Shown here: positions 39,495 through 52,849 of the stretch, one piece after another
Layout of the letters: the number at the start of each line of letters is the position of its first letter
Numbering within the stretch: position 1 is the stretch's first letter
Assembly (NCBI RefSeq): GCF_006345805.1
Contig: NW_021833873.1
Coordinates: forward strand, 1-53,745
Direction of reading: 5' to 3'
Source of the DNA: Octopus sinensis
Taxonomy: Eukaryota
Length of the DNA stretch: 53,745 nucleotides
The notes under the pieces: model-generated
The model's database searches: none
Seen by the model: the letters and a program-made list of their open reading frames with translations, nothing else
What the model was told of the DNA's origin: nothing
Program-made: the position numbers and the translations under genes

Positions 39495-41415
39495 TCATTT
39501 TTTCTTCTTCTTTTGTAGTGTCTTTGAGGAGGTGTTTGTATAGTTTTTGGAGAGGTATCGTTGAAACCCGCCTATCGCATTTGGAAATATTGTTTTCAGT
39601 GTATGGTGTTGTGTTTGTGTTATGTGTACAATTCTTATGTGTTTCGGTGGTGTGGTGCGCGGATGATTGTTTGTCTTAAAGTCATCTTCACAGATGTCCG
39701 TGTTGGATGCAATGTAATCCATTAATTTTTTACTGTCTGTGTCTATTGCAGTTAGTTGTGTGTGTGGTTTTGCGGGTTCATTGATTTTTTGATTGTCTAG
39801 GGGGATGCTGTCCGGAGTTAAATATCTCCCTGCTTTACTTCCTTGTTTGGTGGGCTTTTTTGATCTTTTCCTTTTACCCCCCTGTGCCATTCCGTCGAAC
39901 TTTCGTCGTCCGACGAATCAGAAGGGGGTAAAGGCAAAGCATTTGCGTTAATATGTATGCTTGTAGAAATTGTTGATGTTTTGTGCGGTGTTTGTGTTGT
40001 TGTGGTGTTAGGGGTAGAATTTGTCTTCTCGTCACTGTTTTCTGTCTTTTTAATTGTCGTCCTCGGTGTTGGTGTTGGTCTACCTTTTGTTGGTTCAGTA
40101 TGTTGAATTGGTTGCGACGTCAACGATGATTGTGTTGGTATTGTTTCTTTTCTTGGTGATGTTGTTGGGGTTTGTTTGCTGGTTTGTTGTTTTTCTTGGC
40201 ATTGTTCCATAATTGAGTGTGTTGGTGTTGGTGTTGGCAACAAGGGTTTTTTATTTGTTTTCTGATTTGTTCTTTCTTGTTTTTTGTGTGCCAGAGCGCA
40301 CTTGGCAATTAAATGTTCTGGGCTGCCACAGTTGTAGCATCTAGGCTTTTTGCCTTCTGCTACAACATATAGGCATTGCCCATTTTCTAAATGGATCCTA
40401 TCAGGTAGGTTTTCGATAGAGGACCCCTCAATCTGGATGGTCACTACTATTGTTTTACCACCCCAATTGTCGTTTTTGTACACGGCAGTTTCTAATATGT
40501 TTATCTTTTTCAAATGGTAACAGATTGCCCCTATTATCCATTTGTTAGGTATCTCGGGGGGGTACATTTTTAATGCTAATTAAATTTTAAAAATTACTCT
40601 CTGGCCTTTGTAATATGGTACCATGATGATTTCATCATTTTGCAAAGACTCCGTAGAGTGAGCTTTTGCCACTTCCTGGTTAGGGAAGCGGACCACCACT
40701 GTATTAAACTGGGGACCCCAGTTTATATATTCTTTTTTTCATTATGTTTTTTAAACACTTTTTTATGTCCGTTTTTGTAATCTGTTCATTTTGTTTTTTG
40801 TTTTTTTTTTATAATTTTATATATAATTGTCTTATTTTCTATTTGTTCCTTTATGTGTTGAGGTGTATGCAGCACTAAATCCTGCCCTTGGATTGTAAAG
40901 AGTGCTCTCGTTTCTATTAACTCTTCATTCGTAAATTTTATTATTTCTTTTTTCTGACGCAGAGTGTCAGCGAAATTTACTGGTGTTGTTGATTCTTTTA
41001 TATTAATATCTTCACTATTAGATGGTAAGATATTTATTTCATTTTTATTGTTGTTCTTCTTGTTGTTGTTTTTGTTCATAGTATTCGCGTGAGTTTCATT
41101 TTTATCATTTATGTTGGTCGTGGTGGTAGTGGTGGTGGTGGTGGTGGTGGTGGTGATGGTGGTGGTGGTGGTGGAGGTGGTGGTGGTGGTAGCAGTAGTA
41201 GTCTCGTTGTTGTTGTTGTTAGTGGTGGTGGTGGTGGTGGTGGTGGTGGTGGTGACAGGGCTGTTACCGCAAGTGGTTGCAGCGTTCACTACCACGTCAT
41301 TCACGTTTGTCTTTGTCGTGCATAAGTTCTTTTTTTCTCCTAGCGTTTCAAGTCTAGGAAAATGCTGGTCCATAAAGGAACGCGACCAGCGTTCTACAAT
41401 AACATTTCTCGACAT
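39495..41415 (-). pseudogene. Tx1 ORF1 (gag-like), disrupted, with in-frame poly-Thr/Asn tract
   Basis: ORF pieces 40786-41415, 39818-40567 and 39495-39890; CYNCGSPEHLIAKC knuckle; basic C-terminus. Confidence 0.85.
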
Positions 41416-41613
41416 TTTTAATGTCGAGAAGAAAAATACGCAAATTAAAATGGGTTGAAACTGCCCCTAGAGGCGAATTCCTCCCTTGGAAAAGCACTCA
41501 AACGAAAGTTGGGTGCCTTACACACCTTATTTACAAAAATGTACACAAAATATCGGCTATAAATAGTCAAAATAAACGATTACCTTCGGAGCCGAGGTGA
41601 CAACACGTCCGTC

Positions 41614-42190
<577 letters not shown>

Positions 42191-42369
42191 CAGTAGAGAA
42201 GACATAAATTATTAACTATGAAAGATATTCGTTCAAGTTTTACAACAGCAGAGAGCCACTGTAACTGTCTTACATATTCTGTACCTACTTTTAATGGTTA
42301 TTCATGAAATTAATTTCTTTTGTTAAATAATAAGTATGCTATTCAATGGTAAAGAATTATGAAAATGTC

Positions 42370-42429
42370 AAAGATAATCAAGCTATATATAGCCTAATAC
42401 AATGCTATACATGCATTTACAAACCTTTG

Positions 42430-42485
<56 letters not shown>

Positions 42486-42768
42486 ATATATATATATATT
42501 ATATATTATATATATTATATATATATATATTATATATATACATATATATATATATGTGTATATATATATATGTTTATATATATATATATATATATGTATG
42601 TATATGTGTGTGTATACATATATATATATATATGTAAATTATACACCTATATAGAGATAGATACATTCATACACATATACATACATACGTACATACATAT
42701 ATACATACATACAAATATACATACATATTTACATGTGTGTGTGGGCGTGTGTGGGCGTGTCTGTGTGC

Positions 42769-42804
<36 letters not shown>

Positions 42805-42941
42805 ACGTGTGTGTGTCTGTGCGTGTGCGTGTGTGCGTGAGTGTGTGTGTGCGTGTGTGTGTGCATGTGCGTGTGTGTGCATGTGCGTGTGTGGGCGTGT
42901 GCATGTGTGTGCGTGTGCGTGTGTGTGTGCCTGTGTGTGTG

Positions 42942-42981
<40 letters not shown>

Positions 42982-43600
42982 CTTGCATTGTCCTATGGCC
43001 TGATCTACGCACTTATTAGGATACTCATTATTAAAGCAATCGGCAAAATTCTTCACACATGAGAATATATTTTTCATGTACTTTACCAGAAGATACTTTT
43101 GGTATCCTGCATTTATGTTGTTGTTTGTTGTTTATTCTGCTTTTTTTAATCATAAAATTATTCTCCAAGAATCATTAAATGAAGATCTTGAAATGTTATT
43201 AGACTAATAGGTTCAGAAACGATATGGTTCCAAATTAAATACGCTGGATTAATAAGGAAATATGTAAAAAAATATATATAATCCAATATAAATAAGATTA
43301 AACTTTTACATAGCTATTTTAAATATAACGTAGATACACTAATATACATATACACACATACATGCATGCATGCTTTCATGCATACATACATACATACATA
43401 CATACATACATACATACATACATACATACATACATACATACATGCATGCATGCATGCATGCATGCATACATACATACATACATACATACATACATACATA
43501 CATACATACATACATACATACATACATACATACATGCATGCATACATACATGCATGCATACATGCGTATAAACATGCATTTATGTATCTGTACATATATA
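42370..43600. repeat. Microsatellite blocks (TA)n, (CATA)n, (TG)n at 42370-42980 and (CATA)n/(CATG)n at 43340-43600
   Basis: Direct reading. Confidence 0.9.
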
Positions 43601-43629
43601 AATTTACATGCATTATTTTGGTTCAATTA

Positions 43630-45560
43630 TAGAGATAGGCTAATAAAGGGTGTGCAATTGTCTTAATGGACACGGTTTTCTATATAACTCTAGTACTATC
43701 CATATTGGAAGACACAACATATTATGAAAAGACACAACACTACAGTCAGCAGAAAATAATGAGAGACCTAAAATCCATGTTAAACCTATACAGAGAAGGG
43801 CTCACCGACAAAGAATATGATTATATGACTAATTTCAAAAGTAAAACCAGTCAATTCTACGATATTTCCAAGATACACAAAAGTGAGAAAATAAGTAACT
43901 CAATGCAAGATAGCCACAGACATAATAATCAAAATCCCTACTCCTAATGACCTCAAATTGAGACCTATAATAGCAGGTCCCGCATGCAAAACCCACAGCC
44001 TCAGTAACTTTTAAGATACCTTCTTAAATCCATTCCTCAAGCGTGTCAAAAGCTATATAAGGGACGACCTGGATATGCTCCTGAAACAATAAACAAAACC
44101 TACTAGTGTCCTTCGATGTAATCAACCTCTATTCCAATGTCCCCCACAACCTAGGAATAGAGGTAATTCAATTCTGGCTAGAGAATTACGCCAACGAACT
44201 CCCACATCGCATCAAAAACGAATTCGTGATAGAAGGGCTAAAATTCATCTTAGAGAACAACTACTTTGTCTTCAAAGACAACTTCTATCGACAAAAATCG
44301 GGGACTGTGATGGGTATGAGAATGGCCCCCTCCTTAACGAACCTAGTCATGGGATATCTTGAAATTAGTCTTTATTGTAAGGTTCTAGAAAATACGGCAG
44401 CCCATTCTCCCTTTGCATAGAAAAAAAAACTGGATGAGACACATGGATGACTGTTTCATTCTTTGGCATGAAAATATAGAGAGGCTTAAAGAATTCCAAG
44501 CACTTATAAATGGACTTGACGTAAACATTCAATTCACAATGGAACATAGCCATCAACAACTTCCCTTCCTTGACATCCTCATTAAGAAATCTAACAACGT
44601 AATAGAAACAGATATATACTAATAAGCCCACGGACTCCAAGCAATATCTACCGTTCAACTCATGCCACCCCAGACTCACCAGAATGAATATCCCCTTCAA
44701 CCTAGCAAAAAGTATATGTACTATAGTTTCTAATGCAAACGCCAGAAACACACGACTACATGAACTAAAGGATACACTCATCACCAGGAACAGCCCGCCT
44801 TCACTAATTGACATATGCTTTCAACGTGCCCTCCAACTCAACATCCAGGAACTCAGACACATCAAAATTAAAGAAGGATTTACAACCAAAAGCCCTACCA
44901 TGCATCTCCACACACAACCCTCTTAACAATGAAGCCTTCGACACCATCCTTCAAAACATTCCCCTGCTAAAAAAGGACCACAGAATGAACTTAATCCTCT
45001 AAAAACACACCATCATAAAAAGCAAGAGACAACCCAAATCTATGAAAAGTCTCCTAACACAAGCCCGAAGACGCTCAACAACAACACAGAAGCCGTCAGT
45101 AAGAAAATGCGGAAGACCCAACTGTGGAATATGCGTCAATTTAATTGAGGGATCAGAGTTCTCCTTCAAATGGGGACAACGTTTCACAGTGAAAAGCAGC
45201 TTCACATGTGCTTCGGAGAACCTAATATACGCACTAACTTGCTCTGGGTATCAAGAGCAATACATAGGCCAAACAAAAAACAATCTACGTAAAAGGATGG
45301 CTCTGCACAGATCCCAGATCTAAATTCCCCAAAACAGAAAAATAGCATTCAGCCAACACATCGACATTTGCGCCAATAACAAAAATCCAAGCTTCAGAAT
45401 TTTTCCCCTCTACCAATTCAGGGACGATACAACCTGTAGCCAACGAATTAGTAAAGAGACTCTCTTTATTACAAAATACAGACCCCTTTTTGAACGCATC
45501 TGCAACAAACGACATATTCACCACGGCCTTAGTATAACAGAGACACACACGCAAATATTA
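43630..45560 (+). mobile_element. Penelope-like element (RT + GIY-YIG endonuclease), 5'-truncated, disrupted
   Basis: KGCAIVLM, LRPIIAG, SFDVINLYSNV, GTVMGMRMAPSLTNL, HMDDCF, LPFLD, NSCHP, CGRPNCGIC, NLIYALTC...YIGQT...RKRMALH. Confidence 0.92.
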
Positions 45561-45917
45561 AAAATGATACATTAAAGAGATACCCAAGAATTCATTAAAA
45601 AACAGTCCCAATCACTGCTATAATCCATAACGAATCACTTTTAGGTCACTTAACCATTTAACATCCTACCACTATCGTACCATCTACATTCCTTCTTATT
45701 CTCCCTTCTCTTTCTCTTTCTTCTTCGTCTTCTGTCTCTCCACCACCTCCTTCCTAACTTTACCACTATTGTTGTTTAGAATAACACCTACACAAATATT
45801 ATAAACAAAACATTCAAAAGAGTTATCTCAAGAATTCAATCACAACTACCATCCACAACAAGTCACTTTCAGGGCACTTGACCATTTAACATTCTACTAC
45901 TATCATGGCACTCCCGC

Positions 45918-46050
45918 ATTCTTCTTCTTCTTCTTCTTCTTCTCCTTCTTCTTCTTCTTCTTCTTCTTCTTCTTCTTCTTCTTCTTCTTCTTCTTCTTCT
46001 TCTTCTTCTTCTTCTTTTTCTTCGTCTTTACTTCTTCTTCTTCTTCTTCT
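45918..46050. repeat. (TTC)n microsatellite
   Basis: Direct reading. Confidence 0.95.
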
Positions 46051-46335
46051 TCCCTGTCAAGAATTTACAACGACCTCGAATCCACAAGAGTAAACAAGAG
46101 AGACAGAGACAGGCAGAAACAAGGAAAATGCCCCTTGTATTTGAATACTATGCAAATATTCTTTTAAAAAACTCTTCAATTAATTTTTCCAAAATTTAAT
46201 TGTTTTCCATACTTAAAGTTGAAAAAGTGTCAATGACCGAAACCGATAATGAAATGTTTTTTATAAAATTATTTTAGCATTTTCGACCTCGACTTTTTTC
46301 CCATATATAGAAACATATATATATATATATAATAT

Positions 46336-46396
<61 letters not shown>

Positions 46397-47239
46397 GTAT
46401 ACCTACATATATATATATACTTACATATATATAAAGAATGAAGTTGTATCATCAACGGTTTAATTCGCTACACGTGTTTCAAGCATACTGACAGAACTAT
46501 TTGATGCACATTGCAAATAGCAATATACATATTTAATCCATCCCTCATTTGATCGACTAAAATGCTATAGAAAGATAGGAATTAAGTACTATTTGTTTGC
46601 TTCTCAATGTCAGAATGTCTCTGCCAAAATTAGTATATATTGTATCAAAGTGGAATATGGTTCATGGCATCAAACTCAATGAGACTGACTACATTTTAAT
46701 TGACCAGTCCTTCCAGTCAAATCTTCTTAGTATAATAGCATTTAGCAGTTGTGCTTCACTTCAAGATAGAATTAAAATTTAATCTGTGATGTCGCTCAGT
46801 ACGCACAATAAGTAGATAAAGACAAACTGAATAAATTAGAACCACCAAGGAAAATTACTATTTATTAAATAAAATAGTATCCATTAATCTTAGATGACCG
46901 TTAGATGACTTTCAATTAAGTAAAATAGCTTTCATAAAATGAATAAAAGAATAGAAATAAAACAACGCAGTATAAAAACACTGATTAAAGAATCGATTCA
47001 GTAACTGTCAATTTGTAGACAATATAGATTATTAAATAAATGTTAATCCTAAGAAGTATATGTTCTAAAAGGCAACTAAGAAAATTGGATTAAAATTAAT
47101 ATAATTATATATACTGTATTGTGTATACTAAACCAAAAGGGGCAGACCAAACGTGGTATTTTATTAGAATAATATTATATTATTCTAATAATATGATATT
47201 ATAATATTATTCTAATAATAAAATTAGTAATATATTTAT

Positions 47240-47480
47240 ATGGGAAAGTTCTTCCAAATAAGTGTGAATAATGTAACATTAATTCTTCCCCCTCATTTAT
47301 TAGGTTAGAATTGCATTTAAGGATTTGTTGCGCCCCCTCGAGGCATAAGTTACGCCTAACATACCTTCCATTATACGATGGGGCATTATATATTATCGAC
47401 CATTCTATACAGTGTCTAATATCCACCTCTCTGAGGCTCCAGATACACTTACTTAACGATTTAACATTTTCCTTTATTCT
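47240..47480 (-). mobile_element. Ancient Penelope-like GIY-YIG C-terminal fragment
   Basis: LSKCIWSL...IEWSIIYNAPSYNG...NLCLE...NLIN resembles the LSKYIW...IKWSI...CNLCL.EK...LLNKRSE tail of PLE endonucleases. Confidence 0.6.
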
Positions 47481-49057
47481 GTGTTTAAATAAAGATTTGT
47501 GATTATATATTTAGATTTAAATCTTGTTTCATAAGCACTTATATCTACTTTCATTTGCTTGTTACCGAACATTTATAAATTGTGTGTTTTATCTCAGGCA
47601 TTGATTATTCAAGAGACAATCTAAACGGTTTCGACAATCACATAATTCGTTAAGTCTATCATTAAATAATTTTCCATCAGATCAGTTCATATTCCGCCTA
47701 TTACCTGTATGAGAAGTTGAGCTAGGAATATTCCGCCATATGATAGAATATTTTTGTCATACAAATGCTTTCCTTAACTGAACTAGATATCTACGTTTTA
47801 TTACATTCGACCCAAGGTTGTTTATTATTACTATTGTAATATGGGTTACTTAATTCCATAGCAGCAAAGTTTCTTAATTTACAAGCATTATGTATTGCTA
47901 TAATCTCGGCTAAGTTACTTGTGATAAAATATACAACTTAAACAGAGTTCTTTCGTCACAGAAGTCACAGAAGTGTGACGAAAGAACTCTGGCCTAAATA
48001 AGATTAAGATTAATATAAAAAATAAATAACGCTGAAGCAAAGTAACACCAAATATATAGTGCGTGTGTTTTTATTGGCTAAACTGGCAAAATGACCATTC
48101 CTAAATACAACACTATCTGTTTCAACACACGATTTCACATCAAAAATCTCGCAAAACAAATATATAAACGTAAACAGTATGTTTCTTAAATATACTACTA
48201 CATTTGATTAATAGTGGAACATTTTTGTCTTGAGCCATGAAAAAATTACCTTGTATATTTGTGGCTACCTAGGCCCCATACAAAGCGTTATACCAGGTAA
48301 TTTGCCTGAAGCGTGCATTCTGCTTTCTAGAAATGCGATTACCATTAACATTCTCATTTTTTATCGCTTTGTATACAGTTGCTAATAGCGTTGCAACCCC
48401 TGAATATGTACTCCATCAGTTTTTAAAGGTGGTTGGAGAGTGAATTGAGAAAAATTTGGCTGTTATTTCCACTAGTTTGGGTGACCATATAGATGCTATT
48501 TCGTTGACTCGTATGTATACCTGTATATCCTGGTGGCAACCACTGCAGTGGTAAGGAAAGGAAGGTGGAAAAGATGGACAATGCAGATCTAGTTTGAGTG
48601 CCACAGCTTAGGTTCATCTTTGCTTTTTGCGTAGTTCTAGATCAGCGCTGATCAAGTAAACCAATAATCAAATTAATGCGAGCCGTGACTATCTTGTCGA
48701 TTTAAAGTTATTTGAAGTTGTTGTCGTTCATGTTGTGACACAACAAAAGTCTTCCCGATTAAGTGCGCGTTCTCCCATCGATTGAATCTATAGCGTTACA
48801 TCGTTCGGAACTTTCTCATAGAATTTTCTTAATATTTAACGTAGTTATTTATCCAAGTTAGTATTGGGCGATATTTGAAAGAGACATTTGGCTGTTATTT
48901 CTTTTAGATCGAGCTTTATATTTGATGTTGTACGTGAACTGTGCTTCACTAAAAGTTATAATTGTAAATGTGTCTGGATGTGTGTGACCGCTTATATTTA
49001 TCCGGACCGTGACGAAGAGATGGTCTGCAGACTAGATTATTGTTCTCAATACAGTCA

Positions 49058-49423
49058 TCTATATATATAAACGGCAAAATGTCTGTGTGTGTGTGTCCCT
49101 TATACAAATCCACAATTTTTTAGTTAGAGGTCTCACACTTTCTATGGTCATTCAAAACCGTCCAAGGGTGGTCGTGCACATCTTTACATTTCCCCAGTCA
49201 CCCCGCAAAGCCATTAAAAAGTTAACAGAAGTGACATTTTTGTGAATTTTCTATCCAAAACCCAATCAAAATGCCCGAAACTTGATACGCCAATTGAATG
49301 CCAGCTAGCTGTATGTGATTGGTCAGAGATTTGGATAGTACGCGCGTGTATGTGCGCGCATGCACGCAGCTGTATATGCATGCACTAGCACTATGACCTG
49401 GCCTTGCCGGGTCTTAGTGCTAG
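49058..49423 (+). mobile_element. Non-autonomous Helitron (366 bp)
   Basis: A|TCTATATAT start, CTAG|T end, GC-rich subterminal hairpin gacctggc/gccgggtc, no TSD. Confidence 0.85.
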
Positions 49424-49874
49424 TCGTTTATAAAGCTCTTGATGAAACCTGATCAAACAAACTCGTGATCAAAACGATTCCATTGTGGCTTTGATAATAT
49501 TACAATAGTGTTTGGGAATATTATGGATACGTGGTGAGGTGTGATGGATTGTACATGCAATGAAATCCCTTGCATATCAAAATGGGCATTCATTTTGAGT
49601 ATTGTTTCATTGAGTGTTGTAAGCTAGGTGTGAGTCTGATTCTCATGTGTGCAGTATATCTGTGTGTGGATGGGTGCATGCGCAGAGCATATCATCATTA
49701 AATATGCATAATATTGGATTATTTATTACTAGTGTTGTTTGGTTCCAAATAAGCCCTGATCAAGCAGACCTGTGATCCAATGATGTCTATCTTAGTTTTT
49801 TTGTTTTTTTGTTGTTTTTTTTTGTTTGTTTTGTTTGGGGTTTTTTTTTCGTTATTCCTTTTCTTTTTTATATC

Positions 49875-49968
49875 GTGGTTGTATGGTAAAAAAATTTGCT
49901 CCCGAGCCACATGGTTCCGGATTCAGTCCCGCTGCAAAGCATTTTGTGAATGGATTTGATAAACGGAA

Positions 49969-50028
<60 letters not shown>

Positions 50029-50929
50029 TGCGTGTGAGTGTGTGTGCGCGCGTGCGTGCATATATGTATACGAGGTCTGCTCAAAACTATTGGAATTGGT
50101 GCTATAAAAAGAAAACTACAACCCGTATCAATTTGTCATTTAATCCCCTTCAAAGTAGTCCCCATTCTGAAGCCACACACTTTATCCAGTGTCGTTTCCT
50201 TTGATGGAAAGATTCCTGGAACTCTTTTTTATTTTATTTTTTATTTTGCAATAGCGAGCAGCTGCCGCATCGCATTCTATAGGATTTGTTCCTTTCCAGT
50301 GGGATTTGATTCTTGCCTTGGTTTCGGATTCATAGCCATTGACCCACGATTTGTCACTTGTTATGACCATTTTCAAAATTTTTTTCGTTTTCCTCGACAC
50401 AACCAAGGAGATCCTGCACAGCTGAAATCTGATCTTCTTTCTAAGGTGACCACATTCTACACACTTTATTTCTAAGCACTACTTTTTTATAAACAACGGA
50501 GGTGAGCAAGAACTTTATAACTTAGTTGCATGCGCAACAGAGTCCATGGTCAATCTGTGCCAAGCGGCTGTACTCTACGTACTTTAATTTCGTTACCATA
50601 ACAACGGTCCCGATACTTCTTTTAGCAGACCTCGTATGTATATATATGTGTGTGTTTGTGTGTGTATGTATATATATATATGTGTGTGTATATATCTGCA
50701 TGTGTGTATGTATGTGTGTGTGTGTTGCGTCTGTCTCTCACTTCCCCCTTGATAACCGGTGTCGGTTTGTTTACTCCCCGTAATTAAGCGGTTCAGCAAA
50801 ATAGACTGACAGAGTAAGTACCAGACTTAAAAAAAAATGTACTGGGGTGATCTTTTCGACAAGACCCTTCAAGAAGATATCCCAGCATGGTTGCAGTCGA
50901 ATGCCTGAAACAAATAAAAGATAAAAGAG
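49875..50929 (+). mobile_element. Old SINE family A split by a mariner insertion (5' half 49875-49971, 3' half 50725-50929)
   Basis: ccacatggttccggattcagtccc head and gataaccggtgtcggtttgtttac...ccagcatggttgcagtc...gaaacaaataaaag tail. Confidence 0.75.
50071..50634 (-). mobile_element. Internally deleted mariner element, both TIRs present
   Basis: TIRs cgaggtctgct at 50071 and agcagacctcg at 50634, TA on both sides; remnants VITSDKSWVNGYESETK and QNGDYFEGD. Confidence 0.9.
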
Positions 50930-51487
50930 GCCATAAACTGCTTTTTTTTTTTTTTTTTGAAAGTATTCCTTTTTTAGGACGGCTGTGATTTGAATGAGAT
51001 TGTTTGCTACTTCTTGTAACTCGACTGACCGCCAAGAGGCTTCCTCTTTATCTCGTGTGGCCTTTGTAGTTTAAGGTGTCTAGCTCAATTCTTCGGGGTT
51101 TAAAGAATTGAAAGTAAAAAAAAATGGTTGAAACGAGAAGTATACGACTCTACAGATGAAACTTTCTTGTATCAGAAAAATATTTAATAGACTACCGTAG
51201 TGACTGCGGCGGCGGTTGCAGCGGTGGTTGTGGTGGTTGTGGTGGTGGTGGTGGTGGTGGTGGTGGTGGTGGTAGTGGTGGGTAGTGGTGGTGGTGGTGG
51301 TGGTGGTGGTGGTGTGGTGGCGGCGGCGGCGTTGGTGGTGGTGGTTTGGAAGCGTTTCAAACACTTCGATCGCACGAGTCGATAATTCGATTGCTGAAAG
51401 CTTTGTCTTATGGCACGATTCAATGTTCCGTATCAATATGCTGAAAAAGAGAGAAGAAAAGGAAATTGAAGACAGAGAGAGGGGGGA

Positions 51488-51520
<33 letters not shown>

Positions 51521-51899
51521 CCTTTTGAAAATAAGACACGCATCCATTATTCCACCTTGATAGCTGACAGATTCTATTAACACCTCTGTGTGAGCATATT
51601 TCAACAAATATTTATCTATAGTAGTTTAACTCTACAACAGAAATGAATTTGGATTTGGAAACTAGCAATCGTTGAGCGAGACGCATTACATTAGTTCTGT
51701 AATCAGGGGACATCTTCCTGTGGCGTTTAACACACAAATATACTAATGTTAACATTTCGACATGGTTTAGTTTTCGCAACGTTTTCATTTGTATTGGTGA
51801 CTTTGTGGAACAACGTCAGCTAGTTTTCTTGATAATAAACGCAGTGTTCCTATACGAAACATATTCTTACGTCCATGTAAAATGCATATTTCATTTTTA

Positions 51900-51957
<58 letters not shown>

Positions 51958-51992
51958 TCACCATTTACATTATTTACATTGCTTACATATTG

Positions 51993-52134
51993 ACATTATT
52001 TACATTGACGGATATTTGTCCTCATCTTGTTTGTTATTAACGCAACGTTTCGGAACGTTTCGGCTGATATACCCTCCAGCATTATCAGGTGGGTATCTTG
52101 GGGAAATTTCGAACCTCATTCTAAGGTATTTTTC
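51993..52134 (-). mobile_element. Penelope-like pLTR fragment, left arm of an inverted pair
   Basis: Reverse complement of 52424-52560; contains a hammerhead relic on the minus strand at ~52039-52093. Confidence 0.7.
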
Positions 52135-52198
52135 GATGTTGTTGTTGTTTGTTATTATTATTATCATTATTTTTTTTTTAGTAGTAGTAGTAGTAGTA

Positions 52199-52236
<38 letters not shown>

Positions 52237-52300
52237 TTCAACTCCAAGATTTCGAGTTCGATTCCGGCACAGACCTGACCTGAATAATAATAATATAATA

Positions 52301-52344
<44 letters not shown>

Positions 52345-52359
52345 TAATATACTAATAAA

Positions 52360-52397
<38 letters not shown>

Positions 52398-52423
52398 CAA
52401 CAACAACAACATCAGCCAGCGTG

Positions 52424-52560
52424 GAAAAATACCTTAGGAATGAGAACCCAGGTTCGAGATTTCCCCAAGACACTGATGACGGCTGGAGGGTATATCAGCT
52501 GAACGTTGTGTTAACAACAAACAAATGAGGACAAATATCCGTCAAATGTAAATAATGTAA
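52424..52560 (+). mobile_element. Penelope-like pLTR fragment, right arm of the inverted pair
   Basis: Inverted homologue of 51993-52134. Confidence 0.7.
52469..52512 (+). ncRNA. Minimal type-I hammerhead ribozyme relic
   Basis: GACA-CUGAUGA-C-GGCUG(GAGGGUAUAU)CAGCU-GAAC-GUU/GUGUU; the left arm supplies the intact CAGCC-GAAACGUU. Confidence 0.6.
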
Positions 52561-52849
52561 CTAATGTACGTGATTCCTCATCTCTTAAATATAGAACCAT
52601 ATCATCATTTGTTTTCTTGTATCTTCGTTGTTGTTGGTGGTGTTGCTGTTGTTGTTGTTGTTGTTGTTGTTGCCATCATCATCATCATCATCATCATCAT
52701 AGTCGTTATTACCATCATTATTATCATCAGGAATATCATCATTATATAAATTCGGTGTAATTCGGTACGTATATATATATATATATATATAAATATAATA
52801 CATATTTATATCCATTGAGCAATGTCGTAAACAGTTACATTAAAATATG

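Larger units (their letters stand above)
35682..41613 (-). mobile_element. Full-length Tx1-clade (L1 group) non-LTR retrotransposon, ~5.9 kb, frameshifted
   Basis: 5' UTR, ORF1 with CCHC knuckle, ORF2 with APE endonuclease, RT and C-terminal Cys/His motif, 3' UTR ending in AATAAA; (GATA)n on both flanks. Confidence 0.95.

Noticed and set aside
48400-48620. Possible extension of the old Penelope fragment
   Set aside because: Peptide resemblance is weak and the segment contains the dispersed ttggctgttatttc repeat motif.
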